A stretch of DNA of 64,000 bases, taken from the NCBI GenBank assembly GCA_965238045.1, contig CBDEGU010000007.1, positions 67,271-131,270 of the forward strand, given 5' to 3'. How positions within the stretch are numbered: position 1 is the stretch's first letter; every line of letters begins with the position of its first letter. The notes beneath the pieces were generated by a model. That model had not been told where the DNA came from, did no database searches, and was given only the letters and a program-made list of their open reading frames with translations. Positions 9,372 through 20,200 of this stretch are shown piece after piece. Origin of the DNA: Bryobacterales bacterium. GTDB lineage: Bacteria; Acidobacteriota; Terriglobia; Bryobacterales; UBA6623. The position numbers were made by a program, and so were the translations under genes.

Positions 9372-9881
9372 ATGACGATCCCGGCGAGTAATGGCGCGGC
9401 GGGTCCCATGACGTTCGATTTTATCCAAAAACTTGACGACGAGATCAAGGCGCTCGATTACGAGCTGAAGAACGAACTGCCGCGAGAGATCAGGAAAGCA
9501 CGCGAACATGGCGACCTGAGTGAAAACGCCGAGTATCACGCCGCCAAGGAGCGTCAGGGCTTCGTCCATGCCCGCCTTCAGCAACTTAAGAAACGGCGGG
9601 CGGACTTGCAGCTTGTTGACTTTTCCAAAATCCCGCACGGCGTGATCGGGCTGGGATCAACGGCTGTCGTGTACGACATTACCAACGACAAGGAAGTCGA
9701 ATATCGACTGGTGACAACCGAAGACTCCGATGCCGCGAACGGTAAGATTTCCACCACCTCGCCCATTGGACGTGCTCTGCTAGGCAAGGTGGAAGGTGAC
9801 GTGGCTGAAGTTCAGACGCCCGGCGGAACTCGCGAGATGAAAGTCATTCGGCTAACGACGATTCACGACCAAGAAAAGTGA
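9372..9881 (+). CDS. greA: transcription elongation factor GreA
   Basis: REHGDLSENAEYHAAKERQGF matches the GreA coiled-coil tip. An alternative start is Met13 (9408). Confidence 0.9.
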   Translation: MTIPASNGAAGPMTFDFIQKLDDEIKALDYELKNELPREIRKAREHGDLSENAEYHAAKERQGFVHARLQQLKKRRADLQLVDFSKIPHGVIGLGSTAVVYDITNDKEVEYRLVTTEDSDAANGKISTTSPIGRALLGKVEGDVAEVQTPGGTREMKVIRLTTIHDQEK

Positions 9882-9929
9882 CCAGCGCACAGGCCCGCAT
9901 GCCGGCGGGTTAGCAAAGCGAACACGACG

Positions 9930-10604
9930 ATGGCGGTCTCCCAGAAAATCGGAGCGGGTTGCGGATACATCCTTGATGCCCTCGTGCGTCTGCTGAGCGG
10001 AGCACGGGTCAACCCGAATGTGCTCACCTCCATTGGCCTCGTCATCAACGGGGTGGCGGCGGTCCTGTTCGCGCGGGGAGATTTCTGGTCCGCGGGCATT
10101 GTCGTGCTCTGCGCGGCGGTCTTTGATCTGCTCGACGGCCCGGTGGCGAGACACAGCAAGCGCGTGACGCGCTTCGGAGGCTTTCTCGATTCGGTGCTCG
10201 ACCGCTACTCGGACCTGATTCTTCTGATGGGTCTGCTGGTCTACTATGCCAGCATCGACCGCCTCTTCTACGTTGTCTTGACGGCAGTGGTGATGTCGGG
10301 CTCGCTGATGGTCAGTTACACGCGGGCTCGGGCCGAGCATACGATTCGCAGTTGCAAGGTTGGTTTTCTTGAACGGCCCGAGAGAATCGTTCTCATCATG
10401 ATTGGAGCTTTCTCCAATCGCATGGCGCCGGTCCTCTGGGTAATCGCCGTGCTATCGAACCTCACGGTGATTCACCGGATCGCGCATACCCGGCTGGAAG
10501 CGCGCAAGCTCGATGAAGCCGAGCAGCACGCCAAGACGGACAGTGCGGCCGCACAGGCGCCCTCGCCCGGACGTCTGGGCGAGAGTTTCCCCTCTACCCT
10601 CTAG
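9930..10604 (+). CDS. CDP-alcohol phosphatidyltransferase
   Basis: Complete signature DLLDGPVAR-x8-G-x3-D-x3-D, and a multi-helix hydrophobic protein. Confidence 0.85.
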   Translation: MAVSQKIGAGCGYILDALVRLLSGARVNPNVLTSIGLVINGVAAVLFARGDFWSAGIVVLCAAVFDLLDGPVARHSKRVTRFGGFLDSVLDRYSDLILLMGLLVYYASIDRLFYVVLTAVVMSGSLMVSYTRARAEHTIRSCKVGFLERPERIVLIMIGAFSNRMAPVLWVIAVLSNLTVIHRIAHTRLEARKLDEAEQHAKTDSAAAQAPSPGRLGESFPSTL

Positions 10605-10692
10605 TGCTACTGTGTTGTAAAAATTCCGAGCCCCAAGATGTTGTACGGATCGCGCAATACCTCCCTGCCGCGATGGCAAGCAGAGTCTTTTG

Positions 10693-12540
10693 ATGCCGTC
10701 ATGGAAGCATCTTGATCATCTGGTGGCGCTGAAGGAGCGCGCCGCATCGCTGCCGGCATCTCCGGGAGTCTACCTCTACAAATCCGCCGCCGGGCAGGTC
10801 CTTTATATCGGCAAGGCCAAGAACCTGCGCGACCGCGTGCGGAGCTATTTTCTGCAAGAAAAGTTCGCCGATGTCAAGACGGGCACGCTGCTTTCCGAGG
10901 CCCGCGATATCGACTACATCGTGGTGGCGAATGAAAAAGAGGCGCTAGCGCTCGAGAACAACCTGATCAAGCAGAGCCAGCCTCGTTACAATGTTCTGCT
11001 CCGCGACGACAAGACCTACCCCTACATCAAACTGACCAAGGAGCGGTTTCCGCGTGTCTACGTCACGCGACGGCTGCGTAAGGACGGCGCAACCTACTTC
11101 GGTCCCTATTTCCCGGGAAACTTGGCTTACCGGCTCGTGAAATTCATCCACCGGCATTTTCGCGTTCCCTCATGCCGTGTCGATCTCACCCGCTTCCACC
11201 CCCGCCCGTGCCTGGAGTTTCACATTCACCGCTGCTGGGGTCCCTGCGTGGACGGGCTGACCAGCGACGAAGCCTACACTCAGGCGGTGAGCGACGTGCG
11301 GACATTCCTCGAAGGCCGGCGTCAGGATCTGGTCAAGGATTTGCGGCTGCGCATGGAGCAAGCCTCCGAGGGCATGGAGTTTGAACGCGCCGCCGCCCTG
11401 CGCGATCTGATCACCACCGTGGAGGAGCTCGACCAGCGCCAGCGAGTAGCGGCGGCGGAGGGACATGACGCCGATATCTTCGGTATTTGCGCCGAGCCGC
11501 CCCTGGTGGCCGTGAATCTGTTTCATGTTCGCAATGGACGCGTTGTGGACCGGCGGGCGTTTTATTGGGAAGACGCCGCGATGTATCACGAGTCCGACTT
11601 CCTGGCCAGTTTGATGAAACAAATCTATCTCGACGCCAACTATGTGCCGTCTCTGATTCACACCCCGGCCGGGTTTGACGACCAGGAACTGCTCGAGGAG
11701 TTCCTCACCGAAAAACGAGGCCGCAAAGTCGTCATCTCCACTCCCCGGCGGGGATCGAAGAAGGCCATGCTGGATCTAGTCCAGACCAACGCGCGGCATG
11801 GTTTTGAACAGCGGTTTCGGATCAGCAAGCCAAGCGCCAAGATGATGATGTCGGCGCTGGCCGAGGCGCTGAACTTGCCCGAAGTTCCCGCCCGCATAGA
11901 ATGTTTTGACATCTCGCACATCCAGGGGGCCGATACCGTGGCCTCGATGGTGGTCTGGGAAAACGGCCGGATGAACAAGTCCGGCTACCGCAAGTTCATC
12001 ATCAAAGGCGTGGCGGGCGTCGACGATTTCGCGTCGATGCGCGAAGCAGTCACGCGGCGCTATCGCCGCCTGCTGGAGGAGAACAAACCATTGCCGGGGC
12101 TGGTGCTCGTCGATGGAGGCATCGGGCAACTGCACTCTGCCGCCGAGGCGCTGGCTTCGCTGGGCATCATCAATCAGCCGCTGGCGGCCATTGCCAAGCG
12201 CGAGGAAACGATCTTCGTCGAGGGTCAAGAAAAGGACCCGGTGTACCTGGACCGCTTCTCGCCGATCCTGCACTTGGTGCAGATGGTTCGCGACGAAGCC
12301 CACCGGTTCGCTGTGACGTTCCATCGCAAGCGCAGGTCCCAGAGCCGCTTGCGGACCGTGCTGCTCGATGTGCCTGGAGTTGGAGAGAAGACAGCGCGAC
12401 AACTCCTGCGAAGCTTCGGCAGCCTGAAGAAGGTTCAAGCCAGCAGCCTGGAAGAACTGGCTCGGGTTGTAACACGCGCACAAGCCCAAAGCATCCATAA
12501 GCACTTTGCCGGCAGCCCCGCGGGAACATCCACGCTCTAA
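10693..12540 (+). CDS. uvrC: excinuclease ABC subunit C
   Basis: GIY-YIG N-terminus (GVYLYKSAAGQVLYIGKAKNLRDRVRSY), a UVR segment and a C-terminal HhH-like tail. ATG 10693 sits one codon inside the TTG-initiated ORF. Confidence 0.95.
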   Translation: MPSWKHLDHLVALKERAASLPASPGVYLYKSAAGQVLYIGKAKNLRDRVRSYFLQEKFADVKTGTLLSEARDIDYIVVANEKEALALENNLIKQSQPRYNVLLRDDKTYPYIKLTKERFPRVYVTRRLRKDGATYFGPYFPGNLAYRLVKFIHRHFRVPSCRVDLTRFHPRPCLEFHIHRCWGPCVDGLTSDEAYTQAVSDVRTFLEGRRQDLVKDLRLRMEQASEGMEFERAAALRDLITTVEELDQRQRVAAAEGHDADIFGICAEPPLVAVNLFHVRNGRVVDRRAFYWEDAAMYHESDFLASLMKQIYLDANYVPSLIHTPAGFDDQELLEEFLTEKRGRKVVISTPRRGSKKAMLDLVQTNARHGFEQRFRISKPSAKMMMSALAEALNLPEVPARIECFDISHIQGADTVASMVVWENGRMNKSGYRKFIIKGVAGVDDFASMREAVTRRYRRLLEENKPLPGLVLVDGGIGQLHSAAEALASLGIINQPLAAIAKREETIFVEGQEKDPVYLDRFSPILHLVQMVRDEAHRFAVTFHRKRRSQSRLRTVLLDVPGVGEKTARQLLRSFGSLKKVQASSLEELARVVTRAQAQSIHKHFAGSPAGTSTL

Positions 12541-12588
12541 ATTTTGATGCAAATCGTCCCTGATGGGAGATCATGCTCACCGCGCGGT

Positions 12589-12618
12589 TGTCAGCAGGCG
12601 GTGAAATACACTAGAATC
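12589..12618 (+). promoter_or_regulatory. candidate sigma70-type promoter TTGTCA-18-TAGAAT
   Basis: The hexamers were read directly. It lies ~80 nt upstream of the GTG start at 12700. Confidence 0.35.
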
Positions 12619-12699
12619 AGTGCACCATCGGGGACGTTTAAGTGAAATACGGCGGTCCGGCGTATCAGCGGGCCGAAAAGGCCGATCGAGGGGAAAGCT

Positions 12700-15600
12700 G
12701 TGCGACAACTCTTGGCGTTGACTCTGCTCGCGGGCGGTGCGCTGTTCGCCGCGGACGCGGACGAAACCGTGCGCCGGGCCTCGGAACTGGAGCGGTCCGG
12801 CGACGTGGCGCTGGCCCGTGAAACTCTTGCCCGCGCGGCCAGAGAGAAGCCCGGCGACGCCGATACTCTGCTGGCCTACGCGGAGTTTCTCGACCGCTAC
12901 GCAGACCCCTCGCGCAGACGCCTGTACGAAAATGCCCTGAAAGCTCTCGGGGCGTCGGGATCCGCGGACTTGCGCCGGCGCATTGAACGCCGTCTCGTCC
13001 TGCTGGCGCTGGCGGCCGATGACGTCGAAGCCGCGCGGCGCGGCCTGGAGGCGTATCGCGCCAGCGGGGCGGCGGATCTGGAACTTCCCATCCTGACCGC
13101 GGACCCTGCCGCGCTGGCCGCCAGCACCGGCCGCGGCCGAGCCAGAATCCCTGGCCCGTTTAACTCGTTTCGCCGTATGGCGGCGTTGTCGACCGACCAG
13201 CAGCCGAAGGACCTGGTCGCGGCGCTCGCCCGCAACGTCGTCACGAGTGGATATCGGGCCAGCGGCGGCGGCGATTCACTCGGTCAAACCGAGTTCCTGA
13301 AACTCATCCTGCAGTATGTTTCCCAGGCACGAGAATTGGAGGATTTTGCCGGAGCGGACCAGACGATCACGATTTCGGCCTGCGAGTCTCGCGATACCGC
13401 CCGCATTCTCAAGATTCTCGGCTTCCGGCTGCGGAACGATTGCGGTCCCGAAGCCGTGCTGGAAACCGTCAATCCTTCACGCGCTTTCCTCTCGATCGAT
13501 TCCGGTTTTCCCATCGCGGACCTTGAGCAGGCCTTCCGCTCAGGCCAGCCCTTCCAGCTCCCCTACAAGCCGGCTCATCTGCCCGTGGTCTTCGGAACCG
13601 AATACTGGACCGGCATCGCTTCCAAGAAGAGCCAGGGCGACTTTCTGGATACATTCCTGCGAGATCCGATCCTCGCGCGGTTGTATGTCGCCATGGCGAA
13701 AATGCACCGGCCGACGGCCAGAGCGATGCGCGAGAAGATTCCCGGTGAGAGGCTGTTGCTTTTCGCCAACGTGCTGGATTTCTTCGGGGGCATGTTTGAA
13801 ATCCGGGACGGCGCGGCCGTGCTGCCGGGCGGAACAGGCACCAAAGATGTCTGGCGCAAACTCACCGGCGTGTCGCCGGACCAGGGAGCGGAGTTTTTCC
13901 AGAAACTGTGCGAAAAGGACGATGGCTGGATGGCTTCGTTCTACGATTCCCTGGCCCGCATCAGCGGAGCCGCGGCTCGCTACTACAACGAACCCGCCCG
14001 GCTAGAGCGATTCTATCGGGCGGTGCGCGGGAAGGTAACCAGCCCCGGCCCGGCGCGCCCCATCTTTCGTTCCAACAGCGATCTCATGCTGCTGGCGACC
14101 CGGCTGCATTTCCGGTCCGGCGGCGAAGTCCACATCCCGGGCGGCATCGAGGGGTGGCGGCGGCTGTTCACCGAGCACCCCCATGGCCAGTACGACGGAA
14201 AAATCACCCAAGCGGCTTCGTCGTGGACCGAACCAGACGATGTGGTCGAGGCGCTATTCGGACTTTCGCGCAAGATGGTCGAAAACGAGCCGCTTCGCAT
14301 GTTCATCGCGATTAGCAATATCGACCGTCATCGCTCGGTGCCGCTTGGAGCTGCCGCCGTCGAGCGGCTCATTCTCGCCTATCCAGAGTACGGCCAGCAG
14401 TTTTCCCTTTTTAACGACGCCCCGGCTCTGAGCGATCAGCACATCACCGCCTATCTGGACCTGTTGCCCAGCTTCGCCAAGATCAAGAATCAGGTACGCC
14501 GCGCCGACGCTGTCGGCGTGGCGCAAGCTCTCTTCGGACTGTGGCGCATCTTCGTCCGCCAGGGCCAGATCCCCCCCTCCGAGACGGGGGCTTCTCTCAA
14601 CTCGCTCATCGGCCTTGTCCAAGACGTGCAGAGTCACGAGAGCATCTTTGACGCCGGAAGAGCCGGCGTGCGCGCGCTGCTCGCCGCGGCGGGTTCCGCC
14701 GCGGACGCCCCGCCGCAGGAGCGGCTGATCCATCTGCTTGCTGGAACCCCCGGCGCGGGCGAGGAGCCCGAGCACGCCGAAGTGATCAAGCTGCTTAACT
14801 CCAGGTTTGCGACCCAGAGGCTCGTCTCTCTCAAGGACCTCTTCGATCTGGCCGACCACTTGGAGAGAGTCTCCCGCGGGGAAGGGTTCAATGTCGCGAT
14901 GGCTAACCGCCTGGCGGCGCGCATTTCCGAAGTGCGGCTTCCCCGATCGAGCCTTTCCAGCCAAGAGTCCAACAGTTTCGCCCGCGGCAATATCGTCGAG
15001 CGCCACGTCCGGCGCCAGCGGTCCTTGAATTTGAACCGCGAAGTGGATCGCGCGCGAGGCCGTTCCGAGAAGCTTCTCGAAATTCGCGGCCGGCTGGCTC
15101 CGATTCTGCGGGATTCTCTCGTGGGGCTCAACTATATTTACTATTCGCCGCCGGGCGCGGAACTGATTCGCGCCAACCCGCTGTTTGTGCGCAGCCATGA
15201 CTTCCTCGGTTCGGACGGCAGGAAGACCTGGGGCCGCCCGCGGCTGGCAGGCACGGGCTGGCCGAATAGCGGGGGCGGGCGCTTGAGCGGTTCGCTTTCC
15301 GGTCTGGCGTTCGCGCTGGCCTACGCCGAACAGAATTTTCTCGTGCCCACGGAACGGCAGGCTCTGATCTGGCAGGACCTCGCGCCCCAGATACTGATCG
15401 GCGCCACGGTCCCGCGCTGGTGGAACCTCGGCGCGGCCGACCTGCACTTCGTCGGGCTGCACATGCGGCTCGGCGAGACGCTGCTGGCCTCCGCGGCGCT
15501 GAACAAAGACCTTGCCGCCATCGTCAACCATCTCCTGCGCCGGCAGGTGGAACCGGCCCGCCGCGAGCGCATCGAAAGGAGCTTGCGCCAGGGAAAGGCA

Positions 15601-16125
15601 AGAAGCGGCATCAATGAATTGACGCCCTCGGAGCTTTACCACCTGGCGGTGAACTTTGCGCGGGAGCATGGCGGCCAAGCCGGGCAGTGGGGCTCGCCGT
15701 TCTGGAAGGACATTGAGGGCCTCAAGGCCAGCGATGCCGGCCGGTTCCGCTATGAGCGCGTGGCCTCGTTGTTCGGCACGCCTCACCCGGAGTTAGCCAG
15801 CTCGTATCGGTCCGATCTTTTGCATCTGCCTTTGTTCCCGACCATGATGGGCTATTCCAGCCGCATCATGGCCGAGAGCTGGGAGTCGACGAATTTGTAT
15901 TGGGCAGCTCTCGCCGACGAGTTGCATCTGCCGCCGGCACAGCTCAATCTCCTCGTGCCGCGGTGGACCAAGCGCTCGATTGAACGAATCTTCGCCACCC
16001 ATCTCGACGACTGGCCGGCGCTGCTCCACTCCATGCGGGTGGTTGGTGAGAACTACCGGAACCAGATCCGGTCGAGCGCGCTCAAACTAGAACACGCAGG
16101 CCCAGAACGCGCAAGCAGGGAATGA
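12700..16125 (+). CDS. large secreted hypothetical protein (1141 aa), N-terminal TPR-like region
   Basis: GTG start preceded by GAGGGGAAA and a signal-like MRQLLALTLLAGGALFAADA. I saw no catalytic motif (no HExxH, no CxxCH, no P-loop). Confidence 0.75.
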   Translation: MRQLLALTLLAGGALFAADADETVRRASELERSGDVALARETLARAAREKPGDADTLLAYAEFLDRYADPSRRRLYENALKALGASGSADLRRRIERRLVLLALAADDVEAARRGLEAYRASGAADLELPILTADPAALAASTGRGRARIPGPFNSFRRMAALSTDQQPKDLVAALARNVVTSGYRASGGGDSLGQTEFLKLILQYVSQARELEDFAGADQTITISACESRDTARILKILGFRLRNDCGPEAVLETVNPSRAFLSIDSGFPIADLEQAFRSGQPFQLPYKPAHLPVVFGTEYWTGIASKKSQGDFLDTFLRDPILARLYVAMAKMHRPTARAMREKIPGERLLLFANVLDFFGGMFEIRDGAAVLPGGTGTKDVWRKLTGVSPDQGAEFFQKLCEKDDGWMASFYDSLARISGAAARYYNEPARLERFYRAVRGKVTSPGPARPIFRSNSDLMLLATRLHFRSGGEVHIPGGIEGWRRLFTEHPHGQYDGKITQAASSWTEPDDVVEALFGLSRKMVENEPLRMFIAISNIDRHRSVPLGAAAVERLILAYPEYGQQFSLFNDAPALSDQHITAYLDLLPSFAKIKNQVRRADAVGVAQALFGLWRIFVRQGQIPPSETGASLNSLIGLVQDVQSHESIFDAGRAGVRALLAAAGSAADAPPQERLIHLLAGTPGAGEEPEHAEVIKLLNSRFATQRLVSLKDLFDLADHLERVSRGEGFNVAMANRLAARISEVRLPRSSLSSQESNSFARGNIVERHVRRQRSLNLNREVDRARGRSEKLLEIRGRLAPILRDSLVGLNYIYYSPPGAELIRANPLFVRSHDFLGSDGRKTWGRPRLAGTGWPNSGGGRLSGSLSGLAFALAYAEQNFLVPTERQALIWQDLAPQILIGATVPRWWNLGAADLHFVGLHMRLGETLLASAALNKDLAAIVNHLLRRQVEPARRERIERSLRQGKARSGINELTPSELYHLAVNFAREHGGQAGQWGSPFWKDIEGLKASDAGRFRYERVASLFGTPHPELASSYRSDLLHLPLFPTMMGYSSRIMAESWESTNLYWAALADELHLPPAQLNLLVPRWTKRSIERIFATHLDDWPALLHSMRVVGENYRNQIRSSALKLEHAGPERASRE

Positions 16126-16132
16126 GCCGCGC

Positions 16133-17218
16133 ATGGACCGGGGACAAAAGGAACCGCGGATGAAGAACGGCCGGATGAACAACAAGACGTTTCGCCATGG
16201 AAATCTGATCGTCGCGCTGGCGCTCGCCTGTGCCGCCGGACTCTTTCTCGCCGGAGACGCCGCCGTGGGCCAGCAGGTCAGCGGCGAGGGCCCCCTATTT
16301 CGCGTCAAGGTGGACTTGGTGCAGCTCAACGTCGCGGTCACCGACCGCCGCGGCCGCTACATCGGTCAGCTCGCTCCGGGCGACTTCCGCGTCTATGAAG
16401 ACGGCGTTCTTCAGAACCTCGCCAGTTTCGCCGAAGGCAATGAGGCTCCGCGGGCGATGGCCGCGACAGGTCCTCCCGCGACGCCCCAGCCTGCCACCGA
16501 AGCCGGACGGCTCGAACCCCGGCCTGCCGCGGCCCAGGCGCCCGCCGGAGAGTCGCTGGCTGGAACCAGTGTATTCGTTCTCTTCGACACCAGCAATTTC
16601 ATGTACCGCAGTTTTGTCTACGCCGAGGACGCTATCGCCGACTTCATCCGCGGACTCGATGACGCCGATTCGGTCGCCGTGTACGGCTACAGCCGCAACC
16701 TCACCCGCAACGCTCCGCTGACCTCCAATCGCCGGGACGCCCTGCGGGGACTTCGGCTGGCAGTCGCCGGCGATGAGACCGCCCTCTACAACTCGCTGCT
16801 TCTTACCTTAAGAGACGCCGCCCAGGTGCCCGGACGCAAGGTCATCATCGTGTTCTCAAACGGGCCCGATTCGGCCAGCACCGTGGCGCCCGACGACGTT
16901 CGCGCGATCGCCGAGGATGAAGGGATTCCGATCTATGTGATCAGCACCAAGGAAGTCAACAAGGACCCCATTTCCCGCAACGTATTCCGCCGTCTCACGC
17001 GCAGCACCGGAGGCAGAGCCTTCTTCGCCAAGAGCTGGCAGCGGCAGTCGGAAGCCTTTACCTCGATTCGCGAGGAACTGGGAAGCTCCTACACGCTCAG
17101 CTACTATCCGCGGGCCAACCCCAACCGGGGCTGGCGCAGCATCAACGTCGAACTCGTCAGCGACAAAGTGAAGAAATATCGTATCCGAACCCGCAGCGGC
17201 TACCGCCCCAAGCTCTGA
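16133..17218 (+). CDS. VWA-domain protein, acidobacterial VWFA-related type
   Basis: N-terminal module LFRVKVDLVQLNVAVTDRRGRYIGQLAPGDFRVYEDGV, then a VWA fold with a partial MIDAS (DTSNF, GDETALYN, SNGPDS). The start may be Met10 (16160, after AAAGGA). Confidence 0.8.
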   Translation: MDRGQKEPRMKNGRMNNKTFRHGNLIVALALACAAGLFLAGDAAVGQQVSGEGPLFRVKVDLVQLNVAVTDRRGRYIGQLAPGDFRVYEDGVLQNLASFAEGNEAPRAMAATGPPATPQPATEAGRLEPRPAAAQAPAGESLAGTSVFVLFDTSNFMYRSFVYAEDAIADFIRGLDDADSVAVYGYSRNLTRNAPLTSNRRDALRGLRLAVAGDETALYNSLLLTLRDAAQVPGRKVIIVFSNGPDSASTVAPDDVRAIAEDEGIPIYVISTKEVNKDPISRNVFRRLTRSTGGRAFFAKSWQRQSEAFTSIREELGSSYTLSYYPRANPNRGWRSINVELVSDKVKKYRIRTRSGYRPKL

Positions 17219-17279
17219 TCCGCGCTTCTCACTGCGTTGTTCGCCGCGCCGGCACAGGCCCCTGGATTTCTCCCAGGCA

Positions 17280-20200
17280 CTAACGCGCCTGGTATCCGGC
17301 CCGGGTTCGCACGATCGCGGCGGGCCGCTTCACCCTGACTTCGACGTTTCGCCAGGCGCCGTCGAAGTTCTGATTCTTCGGGTAATAAGCGACGGTGTAG
17401 ACGCTGCGCAGTTCCTTGGCCGCTTCGCGAAACGGCTGGGGGTCGTCCACCGAGGCAGCCAAAAACGCCCGCCCGCCCGAGGCAGCCGCCAGCGCTTCCA
17501 TGTTCTCGCGCGCTGTTGTTCCCACCCCTCCGGGGAAGGATCGCCTGCCGCCGTTGCCGAGAATGTAGGGGTAGATCAGCGTATCCATGTGGGCGACCGC
17601 CTGGCGCAGTTGTTCAAACGGCACCTTGGAAGCCGAGGCGACCACGCCGGGAACAAGCTCGGACGCATTCCGGCGTTTCCCGCGCTTCTTCCTTCGGCTC
17701 CGCTTGTCATCCTTCCCGTCGTCCCCGCCCGGATACAGGATCGACGCTAGCTGATTGTCGACCCCGTCGCTGACGATAATCAGGGCATTGCGCTCGCCGG
17801 GCAGTTGGCGCAGTTCTTCGTTGTAAGCCAGCACGATCGTATCGTAGAGAGGAGTGCCGCCGGAAACCGACGGAGCCGAATTGATACTAGAGGCCAGTTG
17901 CTCGCGGTCGCTCGTCAGGTGTGTCGCAACGGCGAACATCTCGGCGCTCAGGCCGTACACGGCAATGCGGTCGGTCGGTCTGGCGGTGGAAACAAAACGC
18001 GCCGCGGCGAGTTTCATCGCCGCGCGATCCTCGACGGTGCTGCCACTTAGATCGAGCAGCAGGACCAGATTGAACGGTGCGTCACCGGCGGTGAGGGCGC
18101 TGATCTCCTGCGGCACGCCGTCCTCGAGGATCTCGAAGTCTTCCACCGTAAGGCCGGTCGAAGGCACACCGCCGGTGCTGGTCACCGAGACCGCCAGGTT
18201 GACCATGCGGACACCGGACCGAAACACAATCGGCGCGGCGCTCTCCTGATTCGAAGCCGCGGGCGTCGTCACGGTTGGGGACGCGGATGGGGATCGAGCG
18301 GACACCGCGGATGGCCCTCGGCCGGCCCTCAAAATGGACTCCAGAACCGCCGGTGCTTGCCAGGACATCTTGACCGGCGAGTCTGCCGGAATCGGGATAT
18401 CCCGCAGCGTGACCCGGCCCGGCGAGACCGCCCTGACGTCGATCTTGCCGTAGGTGGACCGGTAGCGATCGTGCTGGTCGATGACGCCCCAGCCGGCCGC
18501 ACCCGGATTGACGGCGATCTTGCCCCTTGCCGGCGGCTCGTAGGACTTCGGCGGCTCTTTGGCCTCGATCGACAGCCGCGTTGCGTCCCACGGAACAGCG
18601 ATCTCGATGTCGCCCCGCTGCGTGACGAGCTTCGTAAGAGCGGCCAGGCCTTGAACCGAGATCTTGCCATCGGCGGTTTCTGCCTCGAAGCCGTAGCCGT
18701 AAGGGATGTCGATTTCGATATCGATGCGCACATGATCGGAGGGCTTGGCGCGAATCGTCGTCTTGCCCGGCTCCTGGATCGTGACCACGTCGCCCTGGCG
18801 GAGGTTGCGCGCCGGACTGCGGATCCGCAACTGGGGAGCGCTCTGCCGCATGACCCGCATCGTGACGTCGCCGTAGGGATTCTGAACGCGGATCGTCGTG
18901 CCCGAGGGACCCTCGAAACGGCGTTCCTTCTCCCACTCGCCGAGGCGACGCTGGATGTCGGCGGCCTTGGGCGAATCGGGCACAAGCGCGAGATAGGCAC
19001 GGTACTCCCGCGCCGCGTCCTCGAGCTTGCCTTGCTGAGAAAAGATCGATCCCAGAAGCTGATGCGTGCCCGGATAGTCGCCCCCGCGCTCATCGGCCTG
19101 AACGTTCCTGGCCTGCGCCACCGCGGCATCGGTTTCGCCCAGGCGGTAGAGCGCCATCGCGTTGTAATAGCGCGCGCCGATCAGGCGCGGGTTGGTCTCG
19201 ACGAGCTGGCTGGAAAGTTCGGCCACATCGTCCCATTTTTCGTTGGCGACATGGACTTTCAGTTCATCGAGCGAGCGCACGGTCGCCCAGATCCGAATTT
19301 GCTCGGCAACTTGCGTCTTGTCGGCCGCTTCGGGCCGCACCGACAGATAGTCGCGGTAGGCCTGCGTGGCTTCACTAAACCTGCCCTCGCTGGCGTGGAT
19401 CAGCCCCAGCAACTGATAGGCCTGCGCGTAGCGGCCCACATCGCTCGCCGTCACCACCCGCCGCACCGCATGCTCCGCTTCCTGAGGCTTGCCCAGATTA
19501 AACAACGCCGTGGCGCGATAGAAATGTCCGTCCGTGCGTTCGTGCGCCTTGGCGATGAGGGCGTCGGCCCCTTCGAGCGCTTTGTTCCATCGGCTGGCGC
19601 GAACATCGAGCCGCACAGCATGAGACAGAGGATTGATATAGTCGCCGTCGGCTTCCACCGCCTTCTCGTAAGCCTCGATGGCGCCGCCAAAGTCGCCCGT
19701 CTTCTCGCGGGAATAACCCAGTACATTCCACGCTACCGCGAAGCCCTCGTATTCCTTGGTGGCCGCGTCGAGATACTCAATCGCACGGGGGAAATTCGGA
19801 TTCTCCGAAGCCAGGGTTTCATAGGCTTTTTTGTACGCCCGCAGGGCCGGCAGCGGGGCTTCGGCGGTCGTTGCGCTCGGCGAGGGTCCCAGGATCGCCT
19901 CGAGTTGCTTGTGCTGCTCGGCTTCCATGAACTTCCGAAACTCGCGGTCATCAAAGAAGCCCTCGCGGTAGCTGAGCTTGACTTTGGGCGCGCTGACGGT
20001 GATCCGTATCTTTCGGAAATCATCCTCGTTCTCCGATTCCTTCGGATAGTAACCGAGCAAATAGTAGCCGCTAAGATCCTCGCGAACCTTCTTGAAAATC
20101 TCGCCGACATCGTTGGTGTTGAGCACCGCGGTTCCGTCAGTGAGTTCCGCGAGAGTCTTCAATCCGTTCTGACTATTGCGGAAGGCATCGTCCATCCCGC

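Noticed and set aside
14254-15786. 510-aa minus-strand ORF (and 18357-20393, a 678-aa plus-strand ORF)
   Set aside because: Both lie entirely antisense within the 1141-aa and 1329-aa coding regions. Those sense frames have signal peptides and VWA/TPR motifs, while the antisense translations are Arg/Gly-rich.
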